From assembly GCF_000186885.1 (NCBI RefSeq), contig NC_014972.1:210001-242000 (forward strand): 32,000 nucleotides of DNA, in the 5' to 3' direction. The first letter of the stretch is position 1. Each line of letters opens with the position of its first letter. This document shows positions 1-8,613 of this stretch, one piece after another. Source of the DNA: Desulfobulbus propionicus DSM 2032 (GTDB lineage Bacteria; Desulfobacterota; Desulfobulbia; Desulfobulbales; Desulfobulbaceae). The position numbers and the translations under genes were made by a program. The notes under the pieces are model-generated. The model did no database searches and was not told the origin of the DNA. It saw only the letters and a list, made by a program, of their open reading frames with translations.

Positions 1-27
1 GGCAGCAGCTCAATCCTTAGAGAGCGG

Positions 28-369
28 TTGCTTCTTGTTAAAGATGAACTTGGCAAGGTCGAAAAAGAACGTGCTGATTTGCAGCGACAACTCGCCGAGG
101 CGATGGAAAAACTTCGCTATCTTCGCGAAGAAGTGAAGAAAAAAAGTGTTCCCGAGAACTTTACCGAATATCGCGGGGCACTGTTCAAACGAGACGTGTC
201 GGGTCGGCACGCCCCACTTGCCCATTGCCCCGAGTGTAAGCGGCCACTTGTGAACACAGACCCGTGCGTGTTTCCGTATAATTGCACCACACCTGGATGC
301 CGATACGAGGTAACCATCAAGGAAGATCTTGAGCTTATTGCGCAAAGGCTTGATCATATAGCCTCCTGA
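28..369 (+). CDS. Small coiled-coil plus zinc-ribbon-like protein; the 5' end may lie before the window
   Basis: ORF with heptad-like N-terminus and a CPEC...CTTPGC cysteine arrangement; the frame is near the window edge. Confidence 0.5.
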   Translation: MLLVKDELGKVEKERADLQRQLAEAMEKLRYLREEVKKKSVPENFTEYRGALFKRDVSGRHAPLAHCPECKRPLVNTDPCVFPYNCTTPGCRYEVTIKEDLELIAQRLDHIAS

Positions 370-457
370 GAAACTGGTTCTGTTGTCCGCACGGTCATCG
401 CGAGTGGTTTTTGCATGGTTTTTCTCCGTTGATTCTCCCATGTGCCCGCAGTAGCAT

Positions 458-820
458 GTGAAGCACCACCAACAACACGCCAACCAACAGGCACACAGGA
501 GAAAAGCATGGGGGAAGGAAGAACTCGATTTGTTGCACAAAATCGTCGACATGTACTCACGGCTTCATCCAATCGGGAACAAAGCCGCCCGCGATATGGC
601 CCTGCAGCCGGTCAAGAGCGAGTTGCGCTATCTTCGGCAGCGGGTCGCCCTCGACCGCTCCGATATGTTTCAGTACATCGACGAGTTGGAGAGCAGTTTC
701 AGCGGAGCACTCGCCACCAGGCCAACCCTCGGCCACAGCCCGCAGCAACACCAATTGCGGGCAAACAACGCCGTCCGGGTGCTGGAACGCAATCTCGGCA
801 AATTCGATTATTCGGGATAA
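458..820 (+). CDS. Hypothetical protein (alternative to 557..1039 minus)
   Basis: 120-aa ORF (KEELDLLHKIVDMYSRLHP...DELESSFSGAL). Overlaps the minus ORF, so the assignment is ambiguous. Confidence 0.35.
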   Translation: MKHHQQHANQQAHRRKAWGKEELDLLHKIVDMYSRLHPIGNKAARDMALQPVKSELRYLRQRVALDRSDMFQYIDELESSFSGALATRPTLGHSPQQHQLRANNAVRVLERNLGKFDYSG

Positions 821-1039
821 ACGTTGGTAGTAGGGCGTAGTTCGGTAATCCACCACTTTCCCATGTTGGTCTGGGAAGAATCGGACCACGTTTTTTCTCT
901 GGTAATCGATGATGCTTTTCAACCGCCAACTTGCCCAGGCCAGGGAATCGGCTACACTGCACCGGCAGGGGTGAAATTCTTTGAGGTAGCCTTTACAGGA
1001 AAATGTTGATAACCCGGCTCGATCCATCATTTGTTCCAT
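557..1039 (-). CDS. Hypothetical protein (alternative to the overlapping + strand ORF 458..820)
   Basis: 160-aa ORF with protein-like composition (KSIIDYQRKNVVRFFPDQHGKVVDYRTTPYYQRLSRIIEFAEIAF). It conflicts with a + strand ORF; only one is likely real. Confidence 0.45.
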   Translation of the reverse strand: MEQMMDRAGLSTFSCKGYLKEFHPCRCSVADSLAWASWRLKSIIDYQRKNVVRFFPDQHGKVVDYRTTPYYQRLSRIIEFAEIAFQHPDGVVCPQLVLLRAVAEGWPGGECSAETALQLVDVLKHIGAVEGDPLPKIAQLALDRLQGHIAGGFVPDWMKP

Positions 1040-1139
1040 CCCCTCTTGCTTGCGTGTTTCATTGGCTCCAGCCGATCCAGCAGGTGGATCACACGTTCTT
1101 TTTCTTGATAAAGCTAATAAACGTTACTACATTAAATGC

Positions 1140-1412
1140 ATGGACATTGAATTCGACCAGGACAAACGCGACATCACCTTGCGTGAGCGCGGACTCGATT
1201 TTGCCGATGCCGCCGAGGTGTTTGCCGGCGTCTCTGTCACCATCCCGGACATCCGGCGCGATTATGGCGAACAGCGCAACGCGACCGTTGGCATGCTTGG
1301 TGAGCGGGTTGTGGTCCTGGTCTGGACACCACGCGGTGATAAACGCCGCATTATCTCCATGAGGTATGCCAATGAGCGCGAAAGGAAAAAATTCGCCGGA
1401 CGCCTGGGTTGA
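1140..1412 (+). CDS. brnT: BrnT-family (DUF497) toxin
   Basis: MDIEFDQDKRDITLRERGLDFADAAEVFAG...RVVVLVWTPRGDKRRIISMRYANERERKKF has the typical BrnT pattern; followed by an overlapping BrnA-like ORF. Confidence 0.85.
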   Translation: MDIEFDQDKRDITLRERGLDFADAAEVFAGVSVTIPDIRRDYGEQRNATVGMLGERVVVLVWTPRGDKRRIISMRYANERERKKFAGRLG

Positions 1413-1674
1413 TCCCGACGACGCCCCTGAACTGACCGAGGAAGATTTCGCACGCGGCCAGTGGATGATTGGCGAACGGGTTGTTTCCAAGGACGAAGCC
1501 CGCCATGAGATCAAGAAATTGTCGCGGGGTCGCCCGCCTGGCAGTGGTAGCAAGCGGTCGACCACCGTCCGTTTCGACACCGACGTGCTCGACGCCTTCA
1601 AGGCCACCGGGCGCGGCTGGCAAACGCGCATGAACGATGCCCTACGCGACTGGCTCAAGGAGCATCGGCCCTGA
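1366..1674 (+). CDS. brnA: BrnA-family antitoxin
   Basis: RGRPPGSGSKRSTTVRFDTDVLDAFKATGRGWQTRMNDALRDWLKEH is a typical BrnA C-terminal ribbon-helix-helix; overlaps the brnT 3' end. Start may be 1372. Confidence 0.85.
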   Translation: MPMSAKGKNSPDAWVDPDDAPELTEEDFARGQWMIGERVVSKDEARHEIKKLSRGRPPGSGSKRSTTVRFDTDVLDAFKATGRGWQTRMNDALRDWLKEHRP

Positions 1675-1677
1675 TTC

Positions 1678-1797
1678 ATGGCTGGACTGATTCCCAACGA
1701 GGTGGTCGGAGCCGTCATCGAGGGCGGGAAAACCCCTAAAGCCACGCGCGAAAAATTAGCGCGAGCCATGGGTATCACCGAACCGATGCTGCATTGA
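1678..1797 (+). pseudogene. Short HTH-like fragment (39 aa), probable truncated XRE-type regulator
   Basis: MAGLIPNEVVGAVIEGGKTPKATREKLARAMGITEPMLH* read directly from the + strand; resembles the C-terminal half of an XRE helix-turn-helix and then stops. Confidence 0.35.
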
Positions 1798-1889
1798 TTG
1801 ATACCCCCATGGTCCTGAGAACCATCCCTTTTGATGTTGTCGACCACCTGAATTCGGGTTTTTTGTTGGGTTTTACCGTTCATCTGCTT

Positions 1890-2152
1890 TCGTCCTGCTC
1901 GTCCTGGTTCGTCTTTTTTCGTCCTGTTTGATTTTTCTTAATGATTCTTATAGGATGATGTATTTAGTATGACGTAGGATGAAATATGTGACGTGCGCGC
2001 ATGGAAAAAATTGCCAACCATGGTTCATGAAAAATTTCCGTGTGCGCGCCCGCGACTCTCATCCTGTCGTCCTGTTTTCGGTTTTTTTGTTTTCATCTCA
2101 ATAGATTGCGTCATCAGGACGAGCCAAGATGAACTAGGATGAGGCAGGATGA
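1890..2152. repeat. Iteron-like short repeats, consensus TCRTCCTG/TAGGATGA (both orientations)
   Basis: TCGTCCTG at 1890, 1899, 1919 and 2067; TCATCCTG at 2059; reverse-complement forms at 1950 (TAGGATGA), 1974 (TAGGATGA), 2115 (CAGGACGA), 2135 (TAGGATGA) and 2145 (CAGGATGA). The cluster adjoins the 3' end of the primase gene. Confidence 0.55.
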
Positions 2153-3750
2153 GGCGGTTGGTCATCGCGCAACATCTCCCTGGAAAGCTCTGGATGGTAC
2201 AAAACTCCGCGTACATAAATCTTGCCGCCTCGTTTTTCTAGGGTATAGCCCCGCTCGCGCATGGCCTTGGCCAGCGTCCGGTTGGCCGGCGCCTTTTTCG
2301 GATCGCCTTGGTTGAGGCCCCACCACCAGAGAAAGCATTGATAGAGGCCCTGAAAGCCGATTTCCCGGTCCGGATCGTCGGGTGAGGGCAGCAGGCTGTC
2401 GTTGAGGAACTCGGTCAGATAGTCTTCGGCATTTGCCAGCTCTGCAGCCGAGTCCAGAATCTCCTGGGGTGGATCCAGGCCGCGTTGCTGCCACTCCAGG
2501 CAGCCCTCGACCAGCCATTTGAGGATGCCCTCCCGGTTCTGCATCAACCGGTCCTTGAGGTGCTTGTCCTTCTTGCGGAATCGGTCCGCCATGGGCGGGA
2601 ATTTTTTGGCCTCCGCCTCCGGATCGTCGACATAGGCCCAGGGAAAATCGATCTTGAGCAGCCGTTGCACCAGGCTGAACTCGGATCCCATGCCCACCGG
2701 CATGTGGTTGGTGTGGAGGCAGAGGGTGTGGGTGGGATCGAAAACAAACATTTTGCCGAAGTTTGGGCGGCACTCGACCTTGTCGTCACCGGTCAGCCCT
2801 TTGACCTGGCCGGCGTCGATCCGCTGGCCGCGTTTGGATTCACCGGCCACCACCAGCCGCTTGCCGTGCAGGGCATATTTGTGCTCGCTGGCCGCGTTGG
2901 GTGAGGGATCAAACCGCTGTTCCGTAATCATCGACGGACTGATCACGTGGTAATACGGCCCGAGAACTGAGCCGATACAGGAAAACAGCACCCCCTTGCC
3001 GTTACGGCCGCCGCCGATGAACACCGCAATGTATTGCTCGTAGCTGTGACCGGTGAGGGCGTAGCCGAAAAATCGTTTGAGAAAGTTGGCCACCGCTTCC
3101 GATCCGCAGACCTCCACCACGAATTTGTGCCAGTCGGTGTAGTCGGCGTCTTTGAGGTAGTTCACGTCGATGGCCTTGGTCATCAGGTCCGCCGGATCGC
3201 CATCCAGGAGCACGCCTGCGGTGAGATCAATTACCCCGTTGCCGCAGGGAAGCCGCATCGGTTGCCGGTCCAGCTCCAGCTCGCGGCAGGCCATGCTCTT
3301 TTCCACCACCGGTGCCCAGACTAGCGCCTTCTTGGCACCGTTCTCGGTGCGTAGCCGGTCGACCCGCTTCCGGTACCGCTTTGCCAGGTCAAGCACCTTG
3401 TCGGCCTGTTCCTTGTTGCCCTTTTCTTCCAGCTTTTCGGCCTCGGCGAACAGATCCAGGGCCCGTTGCTCATACTGGAGGGCCACCGCCTCGACCGCCT
3501 TGAATGAGTCCTTGAAATCATCAGGCTCCCAGACGATCCCTGTCCAGCGCAACCAGGCCCCGTCTTTCGGAGTGGTGTTGAACAAAAACCGTCCCTTGTG
3601 CAAGGTGGCGTACAGCACCCCGTCGCCGCGTTCGTTGGCATCCAGGCAACTCCGGACGAAGTCATCCTCCAGGTCCATCAACCGGTCGTCTTCCTGCTCC
3701 AGCTCCCGGGCGCGATCGATCACCTTGCCCGCCATGCTTTCCCCTGCCAT
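2134..3750 (-). CDS. Phage/plasmid P4-type (D5 N-like) primase/helicase family protein
   Basis: Superfamily III helicase-like signatures: FFGYALTGHSYEQYIAVFIGGGRNGKGVLFSCIGSVLG (Walker A GGGRNGKG), ELKRGQRIDAGQVKGLTGDDKVECRPNFG-like segment, HTLCLHTNHMP. Confidence 0.88.
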   Translation of the reverse strand: MAGESMAGKVIDRARELEQEDDRLMDLEDDFVRSCLDANERGDGVLYATLHKGRFLFNTTPKDGAWLRWTGIVWEPDDFKDSFKAVEAVALQYEQRALDLFAEAEKLEEKGNKEQADKVLDLAKRYRKRVDRLRTENGAKKALVWAPVVEKSMACRELELDRQPMRLPCGNGVIDLTAGVLLDGDPADLMTKAIDVNYLKDADYTDWHKFVVEVCGSEAVANFLKRFFGYALTGHSYEQYIAVFIGGGRNGKGVLFSCIGSVLGPYYHVISPSMITEQRFDPSPNAASEHKYALHGKRLVVAGESKRGQRIDAGQVKGLTGDDKVECRPNFGKMFVFDPTHTLCLHTNHMPVGMGSEFSLVQRLLKIDFPWAYVDDPEAEAKKFPPMADRFRKKDKHLKDRLMQNREGILKWLVEGCLEWQQRGLDPPQEILDSAAELANAEDYLTEFLNDSLLPSPDDPDREIGFQGLYQCFLWWWGLNQGDPKKAPANRTLAKAMRERGYTLEKRGGKIYVRGVLYHPELSREMLRDDQPPHPASS

Positions 3751-4014
3751 GGGCTATGCCTCCGCCAAAATATTGACAGGTTTGCAGGGGTAACTCTCCG
3801 ATAACGCGCAATTTGTTGAGAAAGTCATTTGCCCACCTTGTTGCAGAATTTTTTGCATTTTTGCATCGGACCATTTTTTTTTAAATGCACCCACACGCCG
3901 GGGCGCGAAACACCCGCAAGTGGGGCTCCTGGGGGAGGACCCGTGAACGGTCAAGATCACAGGCCTCCCCCTGCTTGACAACCTGACGGGGGGTGAGGGG
4001 TTCCTTCCTCCCGG

Positions 4015-4908
4015 TCATGACTTGAGAAACGTATCGAGCGTGGCCTTGAACATCGGCTCGAAGTGTTGATTGAACGTGCGATGGGCCACGCCATAGAAGT
4101 CGAGCAGTGGCTTGACCCGGCGCCCGGTACGGCCAGTGAGTAGCACAGGGCGCAAGCCTCTGGCGCGAATGACGGATTGAATTTGAGAGCCCTCCCAAAA
4201 GACGGAACTCTGTCCAAACCATTTGACGAACCTGCCGGTGCGTGGATCACGGACCGCTTGCTTCCTGCTTCCTCTTTGGTACGACTTGGAACGGTCAAGG
4301 AAGGTGCGCTTGGTCTTGGCGCCGAACCCAGCCCCAGTCTGAAATCGTTGGTACACGCCCAAGGGCAGGTTGCCGCGCTGTCGACGATCAATAACCACAT
4401 AGTCCCGTTCCTTGGTGTTGCGGCGACGGGAACGGTCGGTGATGTTGGCTGAATATCCGGCACTGGTTTCCGCTTTGCCAAGCACGGAGAGGATCTGGCG
4501 GATCTGCCCGGGGGAAACGTTGCCGTATTGGTTGAGCTTGGCACCCAGTGCCGGTACCAACTCGCCCTCACCAATGGCTCGTTCAAAGCCCTTCAGTTTG
4601 CGCTGCCCTCCATCCACCTGGGGTACGAGGTAGTGTGCTCCCATTCGACCAGGTTCCTTGAACCAGACAGTGGCCTTGAGATCGCTCTTCGTGGCTGGAG
4701 TAAGTTGGAGGGAATTGAGGGTGTAGCGGGTGGGATTATCAAAGACGGATTTCATTTCCGCGACTTCCGCTTCCTTGACGAGTTTGCCAGCCTTGTTCAG
4801 GGCAATGGCGCAGGCCCGGTGAGCCTTGCCTGGAAACGCGGCCAATGCTGCGGCCACTTCTTTTGATCCGGAAACAGCAACGGTCAATTCCATTTCAATC
4901 CTCCTCAT
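4015..4908 (-). CDS. Prophage minor tail protein Z (GpZ)-like protein
   Basis: MELTVAVSGSKEVAAALAAFPGKAHRACAIALNKAGKLVKEAEVAEM...FDNPTRYTLNSL is reminiscent of lambda gpZ-like tail completion proteins. Start probably at 4893 (MELTVAV). Confidence 0.6.
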   Translation of the reverse strand: MRRIEMELTVAVSGSKEVAAALAAFPGKAHRACAIALNKAGKLVKEAEVAEMKSVFDNPTRYTLNSLQLTPATKSDLKATVWFKEPGRMGAHYLVPQVDGGQRKLKGFERAIGEGELVPALGAKLNQYGNVSPGQIRQILSVLGKAETSAGYSANITDRSRRRNTKERDYVVIDRRQRGNLPLGVYQRFQTGAGFGAKTKRTFLDRSKSYQRGSRKQAVRDPRTGRFVKWFGQSSVFWEGSQIQSVIRARGLRPVLLTGRTGRRVKPLLDFYGVAHRTFNQHFEPMFKATLDTFLKS

Positions 4909-5150
4909 CCACGGCCGGCGCTCTTGAGCCGCGCCTTGGCTTCATTGATGTACTTCCGGTCGCCGGTCTTTCGGGTCATCTCCATGGCCTTGGCCATGTC
5001 CGTGGCCAGGGCATCGACCGAGACGGGCGCTATGGCATTCTCCCGCGTCCATCCGGCAATCATCTTCTTGACTTCGGCCATCTCCCGCTGGAACGTGTCG
5101 AGCTTGACCAGTAGTTCCTTGGCCGTGTGTTCGGTTAACGGTTCACCCAT
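4905..5150 (-). CDS. Small phage-associated protein
   Basis: MGEPLTEHTAKELLVKLDTFQREMAEVKKMIAG...; translationally abuts the 4015..4908 gene. The 5' extension of the ORF overlaps 5143..5610 and looks non-coding. Confidence 0.5.
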   Translation of the reverse strand: MGEPLTEHTAKELLVKLDTFQREMAEVKKMIAGWTRENAIAPVSVDALATDMAKAMEMTRKTGDRKYINEAKARLKSAGRG

Positions 5151-5610
5151 TTTTCCGATCCCTCGCATATCGGGCCACCGTGCGTTCGACTTCTTCAATG
5201 GCCTCTTTCTTGAGGTTGTTGATGGTTTCCAGGTCCGCCCCTGCCTCGATGGCTTGCTGGAGCCTGGCCACCGCCGAGTAATCCGCCAGGATTTCCTCGT
5301 GGATGGTGGGCAATGGATCCCTGATGCCCTCCACCTGCGCCGCAGGATCAATGGCCGTGGCCAGATAATCGATCCCGGCGCGGGCTACATAGCCGGAGCC
5401 TGCGGCGTCCAATCGCTCGAACAGGGTGTGCAGTAATTCCAGGGGGCTCTTGCAGCGGCATTCGGTGTGGGCAGGGTCCTGCGCCCAGTTGTGGGCCGAG
5501 CGTACCTCTCGGTTGAAAATACGTGCCACAATGTTGGCCCCCAAAATCTTCCTGGCGGCATGGAACACTTGCCACGGTTGCATTTTTCCCTCGGCATATG
5601 ACATGGACAT
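5143..5610 (-). CDS. Hypothetical phage-associated protein
   Basis: 155-aa ORF (MSMSYAEGKMQPWQVFHAARKILGANIVARIFNREVRSAHNWAQDP...) at the head of the minus-strand phage-like run. Confidence 0.55.
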   Translation of the reverse strand: MSMSYAEGKMQPWQVFHAARKILGANIVARIFNREVRSAHNWAQDPAHTECRCKSPLELLHTLFERLDAAGSGYVARAGIDYLATAIDPAAQVEGIRDPLPTIHEEILADYSAVARLQQAIEAGADLETINNLKKEAIEEVERTVARYARDRKNG

Positions 5611-5769
5611 TGCCGTTTCTCCTGATATTCTGAAGATATGGAACCCTATTTCGTTTGCATCAGGTGCCCGTCCCCTGTACTATCCTGGCAATGCCGCCAA
5701 GCATCATGCCCAAGGACCGTCCAGGGGGCGGGGCTTTTTTCATTTGATACTCAAGGGTTTAAATTTCCC

Positions 5770-6207
5770 ATGAAGCCTGACCTCGAAAGCGCCATCATTG
5801 CAGCCACAGCCGCGCTGCTCGGTGTAGTGATCTCGCAAATTTTTTCATTTCTGCACAAAGCCTCCGAAAGGAGGCACGAACAACGCATCTTGCTTCGGCA
5901 AAAGTTCGAGGAGATGACATTTCATTTTCTAAAGTCGCTTCATTGGCCGATTGAACTGGAAAAGTGTACCACGCTCTTAGAAGCGCAAGACGTCGCTGTG
6001 TCGCAAGACGCTCAAGCCGCAATCGTACTTTGTCAGCTTTATTTCCCCGAGATTGTAGAAGTTTTAGAACGTTATATACTCGTGCAGCAGGCGTACTATG
6101 ACGCCGTGGTCGAAAGTTTCGGGGAGGCAGGTTTGACGAGCGATCGCGTTGCTTTTTCAGCTTCATCGGAGTCCCTCAATGCCGAGATGTTTGCGGCAAA
6201 AAACTAA
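5770..6207 (+). CDS. Hypothetical protein with one N-terminal transmembrane segment
   Basis: MKPDLESAIIAATAALLGVVISQIFSFLHKASERRHEQRILLRQ; N-terminal hydrophobic helix followed by a charged helical region. Confidence 0.5.
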   Translation: MKPDLESAIIAATAALLGVVISQIFSFLHKASERRHEQRILLRQKFEEMTFHFLKSLHWPIELEKCTTLLEAQDVAVSQDAQAAIVLCQLYFPEIVEVLERYILVQQAYYDAVVESFGEAGLTSDRVAFSASSESLNAEMFAAKN

Positions 6208-6308
6208 GTAATGAAATGCATCAAAAAATCTGCTGCACGATATGCTGATGCACGATGAGTTCATGCTTGCTCCTTGGTGGCTGTTAAAAATTCAACAAAC
6301 AAACCGAA

Positions 6309-6554
6309 ATGACTTATCAAGATATTTTCGTACAGATTCTCTCTGAGGTTTCCGGTGAATCACCTGCTCGTATCCTCGAGTTCGTCAAAACGGTAAAAGC
6401 TGCAAAACCAGGTGGTAACTGGGACAAAAAGCTCTCCGACAAAGACTCGGAGGAACTCATCTCCAAACTCAGGAAAGACGCTCCCGCTATCGTCAGGTGG
6501 TTGGAAGAAGGACGACAACGCGTTGCATCTCACGAATCAAAGACCGTGCATTGA
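6309..6554 (+). CDS. Small hypothetical protein
   Basis: 81-aa ORF MTYQDIFVQILSEVSGESPARILEFVKTVKAAKPGG...; sits between two copies of a repeated sequence. Confidence 0.35.
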   Translation: MTYQDIFVQILSEVSGESPARILEFVKTVKAAKPGGNWDKKLSDKDSEELISKLRKDAPAIVRWLEEGRQRVASHESKTVH

Positions 6555-6715
6555 CTGTGAAAACCACTCACACAACAGGAACTTATCTTCCAAGGTGAAT
6601 CCAACTTCATCGAGAAACAGGGAAAACGGGTGGTTGAGCCATTTCTTCAATTTTTGTTCGTTCATGCGGCATCCTTGGGGGCTGCTTCGGGGAAAACTTC
6701 ACAAAACTGTGATTT

Positions 6716-7087
6716 ATGAAAACATCGCAGATCGTTCCAGATACTATTGAGACTGCATTCGCCGACGATCCTGAATTGATCGCCTTGATCGCTTCGTCAC
6801 AGGATGAATCCGTTGAAGTTCTCTTCAAGACGGTGCAGGCACCGGCCATTGCCGCATCCATCCTTTTGTCGAGCCAAGATGCTGTCAGAAGAATGGACCC
6901 TAAAACGATCTTTGGCGACCTGGATTGGAACCTCGACACTTCCATGCGGATTTTGCCCGAAGCCGTGGACATCACACTTGCCGCCGATGGCGAGGTGTTA
7001 TGCATCAACGTCGGATCTGGAACGTTGTTCTTTCGCCTTGGCAACAAAGCTCAACGAGCCATCAATAAGCCACTTGAGCAACACTGA
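6716..7087 (+). CDS. Small hypothetical protein
   Basis: 123-aa ORF MKTSQIVPDTIETAFADDPELIALIASSQDESVEVLFKTVQAPAIAASILLSSQDAVRRM...; sits between repeat copies 2 and 3. Confidence 0.45.
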   Translation: MKTSQIVPDTIETAFADDPELIALIASSQDESVEVLFKTVQAPAIAASILLSSQDAVRRMDPKTIFGDLDWNLDTSMRILPEAVDITLAADGEVLCINVGSGTLFFRLGNKAQRAINKPLEQH

Positions 7088-7164
7088 CCGTTCTTCTTCA
7101 GATATCCAGGGGGGCGGTTTTGGCGATGCGTTTGGTGAAAAGACCTCTCGACGGTTGAGGAGTT

Positions 7165-7374
7165 TCATGCCGCCTCCTTGGTGGTTGCTTCGGGGAAGAC
7201 TTCGTTGATTGGCTTGCCGATGGCGTCGGCGATAGCTTTCCGGATGCGGAGCGATTTCGTTTGCCCATGGATGCATCGTGATACTGCGGCGTGTGTCACG
7301 CCCAGTGTTGACGCTATATCGATAACCTTGATGCCGCTGTCCGCCATGTGCTGGCGTAATATGTAACCTTTCAT
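7165..7374 (-). CDS. Cro/YdaS-like helix-turn-helix regulator
   Basis: MKGYILRQHMADSGIKVIDIASTLGVTHAAVSRCIHGQTKSLRIRKAIADAIGKPINEVFPEA: HTH pattern, divergent from a CI-like gene. Confidence 0.75.
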   Translation of the reverse strand: MKGYILRQHMADSGIKVIDIASTLGVTHAAVSRCIHGQTKSLRIRKAIADAIGKPINEVFPEATTKEAA

Positions 7375-7434
7375 GACTGTTACATGTAGCTTGTTTTATT
7401 GTTACATGTCAATCAAAAAAAGATAAAATGTAAC

Positions 7435-7920
7435 ATGAACAAACAGGAAGCTTCGTCGAAAATTGTTGCTGAAAGAATGAAAAAGGCTGCAGGTGTAAGG
7501 ACTTATGCTGAATTGGGCGAAATTTTCGATGGTATTACATCTCAAGCTATTAGTAGCGCCATTAGAAGGGGAAAGATCCCAGATCACTGGTTCTTGGTAA
7601 TGGCAGAAAAATTTGGAGTAACGAAGGAAGAGCTGTGTCAACCGCCCCAGAACGTCACGATGAACTTAGAGCAATCTTGGGGCGACGCGAATTCGGACAT
7701 GGAGCGGGAGAGGTTCCAGCAGGACCTTGACGGACTCTTCGCCGTGGTCAAGCGATGGCAGGAAGAAGAACACGGTGCGGACCCACTCACATCGATGCAG
7801 TTCATTCAACTCTTTCACGAACGCATCCCGGAGCTGGGCGAGTGGATAAAAAAACAAAAAGGCACCATTGCTGAAAATGGTCCCCAGGAAAACTTGTCGG
7901 CGGCAGGGGGGGAATCCTGA
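7435..7920 (+). CDS. Phage CI-repressor-like N-terminal HTH protein
   Basis: MNKQEASSKIVAERMKKAAGVRTYAELGEIFDGITSQAISSAIRRGKIPDHWFLVMAEKFGVTKEEL resembles the Phage_CI_repr N-terminal domain; divergent from the Cro-like gene. An in-frame upstream start exists at 7399. Confidence 0.75.
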   Translation: MNKQEASSKIVAERMKKAAGVRTYAELGEIFDGITSQAISSAIRRGKIPDHWFLVMAEKFGVTKEELCQPPQNVTMNLEQSWGDANSDMERERFQQDLDGLFAVVKRWQEEEHGADPLTSMQFIQLFHERIPELGEWIKKQKGTIAENGPQENLSAAGGES

Positions 7921-7950
7921 ATAGGCAACATTACCCAACAAGGCTCAACA

Positions 7951-8613
7951 ATGACCCCAAGAATAATAGCAGTAGCGCTCGCAACCTACGCTGCATTCGC
8001 ACTCAACCCTTCAAGCGCATTCCCTCACCCAGGTGGCCTTGATAGTAGTGGTTGCCACCACAACAGGAAAACAGGTGATTACCATTGCCACAGACCCGGG
8101 AGCACCAGCAGTGGCGGTTATTCAGAGCAATCTCCAGACAACTATTATACGCCAAGTGAACGGAAGAAAAGCGGTGGGTATACCGCCAAATCATATACGG
8201 GTAATAATGAAGCCCAGGTGGTTGGCATCACGGATGGAGATACCATCAAGGTTCTCATCGAGGGACAGCAGGTCAAAATCAGGCTCTACGGAATAGATGC
8301 CCCAGAAAGCGGCCAAGCTTATGGTCGCAAGTCGCAAACCGCTCTGAAACAAATATCGGCAGGGCGAAAAATATCCATCAAGGCCATTGACCACGACCGC
8401 TACGGTCGTGTTGTGGCCTTGGTGTATGCCGACGGGATAAATGTTAACGAAATTATGGCATCTTCAGGTTATGCCTGGGTTTATCCTCAATATTGCAAAA
8501 AGTCATTTTGTCGAGAATGGAAAGAAAAAGAACGCATGGCCCGAACAAATAGAAACGGGTTATGGCAAGACGGTGATCCTACACCGCCATGGGAATGGAG
8601 AAGAAAGAGGTGA
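7951..8613 (+). CDS. Secreted thermonuclease (SNase) homologue with an N-terminal YHYH-like segment
   Basis: Signal-like N-terminus; HPGGLDSSGCHHNRKTGDYHCHR; SNase signatures VVGITDGDTIKVLIEGQQVKIRLYGIDAPESGQAYG and GRVVALVYADGINVNEIMASSGYAWVY. Confidence 0.88.
   Translation: MTPRIIAVALATYAAFALNPSSAFPHPGGLDSSGCHHNRKTGDYHCHRPGSTSSGGYSEQSPDNYYTPSERKKSGGYTAKSYTGNNEAQVVGITDGDTIKVLIEGQQVKIRLYGIDAPESGQAYGRKSQTALKQISAGRKISIKAIDHDRYGRVVALVYADGINVNEIMASSGYAWVYPQYCKKSFCREWKEKERMARTNRNGLWQDGDPTPPWEWRRKR

Noticed and set aside
3957-4586. 209-aa minus-strand ORF
   Set aside because: Out-of-frame shadow of the 4015..4908 phage gene on the same strand.
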